Assembly (NCBI GenBank): GCA_020345745.1
Contig: CP070768.1
Location: 3,347,395-3,399,328, forward strand
Reading direction: 5' to 3'
DNA: 51,934 bases
Origin: Desulfobacterales bacterium
GTDB lineage: Bacteria; Desulfobacterota; Desulfobacteria; Desulfobacterales; UBA11574
A program made the translations under genes and the position numbers. Below, piece after piece: positions 50,651 through 51,934 of this stretch (position 1 is the first letter of the stretch; each line of letters opens with the position of its first letter). The notes below the pieces were generated by a model that was not told where the DNA came from, made no database searches, and saw nothing but the letters and a program-made list of their open reading frames with translations.

Positions 50651-51757
50651 GTGGAAAAAATCTTACCATGGTTTGTCTTGAAAAGTGTTCCCGGTATCGG
50701 GAACCACCTGTTCAAGCGCCTCATCGACCGTTTTCATTCACCGGAACTTGCCTTAAAGGCCTCAGGTAAGGATCTTTCCGAAATCGAAGGCATGACCCCT
50801 CGCCTGGTTACAGCAATTAAACAACACCGGTTGCCTGACCGTGTCAAAAAGGATATCGATCTTGTCATGCATAACGGATACAAGATTGTTACCATGTCGG
50901 ATATTGACTACCCTCCCCTGCTGCTCCAGATACCGGACCCCCCACCCTTTTTATATGTGCTTGGGCACCTCATAAGCCCGCTAAACAACATCGCTGTCGT
51001 GGGCTCCAGAAATGCCACGCGATATGGGATCTCTTCCACCCAGCAGCTGTGTAAAGAATTAGCATCATTTGAAATAACCATTGTCAGCGGCATGGCACTG
51101 GGAATCGATTCGGCGGCACACGAGGGCGCCTTGCTCGGAAAAGGTCATACTATCGCCGTTTTGGGGAGCGGCCTAGAGGTCATCTACCCGAAAGAGAACC
51201 GCAAGCTCTTTTATGAAATCGCAGAAAAAGGCGCGGTTATCTCCGAATTTCCTTTAAGGGCAGAGCCTGAACCAAAAAACTTTCCCATACGAAACAGGAT
51301 TATAAGCGGCATTTGTTTAGGAACCGTTGTTGTGGAAGCAACCAATAAAAGTGGATCATTGATAACCGCTCGCCTTGCAGCAGAACAGGGTAGAGACGTA
51401 TTTGCCGTTCCCGGAAGCATACATTCATTTAAAAGCATCGGAACCCATACCCTTATCAAACAAGGGGCGAAACTTGTCGAACATGCCCAGGATATCATGG
51501 AAGAGTTTTTATATGTGATGGATGTCCCGGATAGAAAAGAAACCCTCAACCAAGACCGAATTGGGCCCACCCTTGCGTCGCTGTCATCGGATGAGTCCCT
51601 GGTGTATGACGCTCTTGAATCGTATCCTATCCACATTGATGATCTGGTACAAAAGCTCTCCATGGGACCCGGAAAGTTGTCGAGTATTTTGCTGCAGCTT
51701 GAACTCAAAGGTATGGTTAAACAGTCTCCAGGAAAATTCTTTTCTCTGACAGATTAA
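50651..51757 (+). CDS. dprA: DNA-processing protein DprA
   Basis: AVVGSR, SGMALGID..AH, FPIRNRIISG, SGSLITA. Confidence 0.97.
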   Translation: MEKILPWFVLKSVPGIGNHLFKRLIDRFHSPELALKASGKDLSEIEGMTPRLVTAIKQHRLPDRVKKDIDLVMHNGYKIVTMSDIDYPPLLLQIPDPPPFLYVLGHLISPLNNIAVVGSRNATRYGISSTQQLCKELASFEITIVSGMALGIDSAAHEGALLGKGHTIAVLGSGLEVIYPKENRKLFYEIAEKGAVISEFPLRAEPEPKNFPIRNRIISGICLGTVVVEATNKSGSLITARLAAEQGRDVFAVPGSIHSFKSIGTHTLIKQGAKLVEHAQDIMEEFLYVMDVPDRKETLNQDRIGPTLASLSSDESLVYDALESYPIHIDDLVQKLSMGPGKLSSILLQLELKGMVKQSPGKFFSLTD

Positions 51758-51811
51758 TTTTAAGTTTGACTCTGCGATGTTTCTTTATTACTCAAGATTC
51801 GCACTTTAAAT

Positions 51812-51890
51812 TTGAATTCCCCGCTGCTTGCAGCGCGGGATGAATTCAAATGAAGGAGAAAGGAATTATTTAAAACAAAATATCAGTATA
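51812..51890. repeat. End of a hairpin element homologous to 3164-3241
   Basis: TTGAATTCCCCGCTGCT.GCAGCG.GGGAT..ATTCAAATGAA.GA.AAGGAATTATTTAAA.CAA.ATATCAGTATA. Confidence 0.8.
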
Positions 51891-51934
51891 CTATCAGGTC
51901 ATATCATTAAAGGTTGAAAAAGATCGCTTTTATC

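Noticed and set aside
23607-51749. Numerous antisense or overlapping ORFs in the core region
   Set aside because: Shadows of well-supported housekeeping genes, with no motifs of their own.

Overview
Window from what looks like a Desulfobacterota (Desulfobacterales-like deltaproteobacterial) chromosome, inferred from gene content and order. Right half (23.3-51.9 kb) is core genome: tRNA-Gly/tRNA-Cys, pgsA, fsa, folK, dapF, lysA, argHG(F)DB, hslUV, xerC, UDG, coaBC, murJ, rpsT, lptE, leuS, RNase G/E, yajC-secDF, dprA, plus several MITE-like repeats and a truncated argF. Left half (1-23.2 kb) is an AT-rich accessory region abutting the 3' end of tRNA-Cys. Its main unexplained feature lies between 9.0 and 22.5 kb. 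Nearly every junction between otherwise unrelated genes carries a copy of a ~52-bp site with inverted GATATC-like ends (GATATCACAAATA...CATAGCAGnTATC), often next to an AAGGGCAAA...TTTGCCCTT hairpin. The orientation of the sites and of most genes flips at an unannotated ribbon-helix-helix gene (19031-19186) that has its own operator-like repeats. This resembles a bidirectional gene-cassette array built on a site that is neither attC nor dif; no cognate recombinase is visible in the island. Cargo includes two PilZ proteins and two paralogous 50-aa DRR-repeat microproteins that may bind c-di-GMP.
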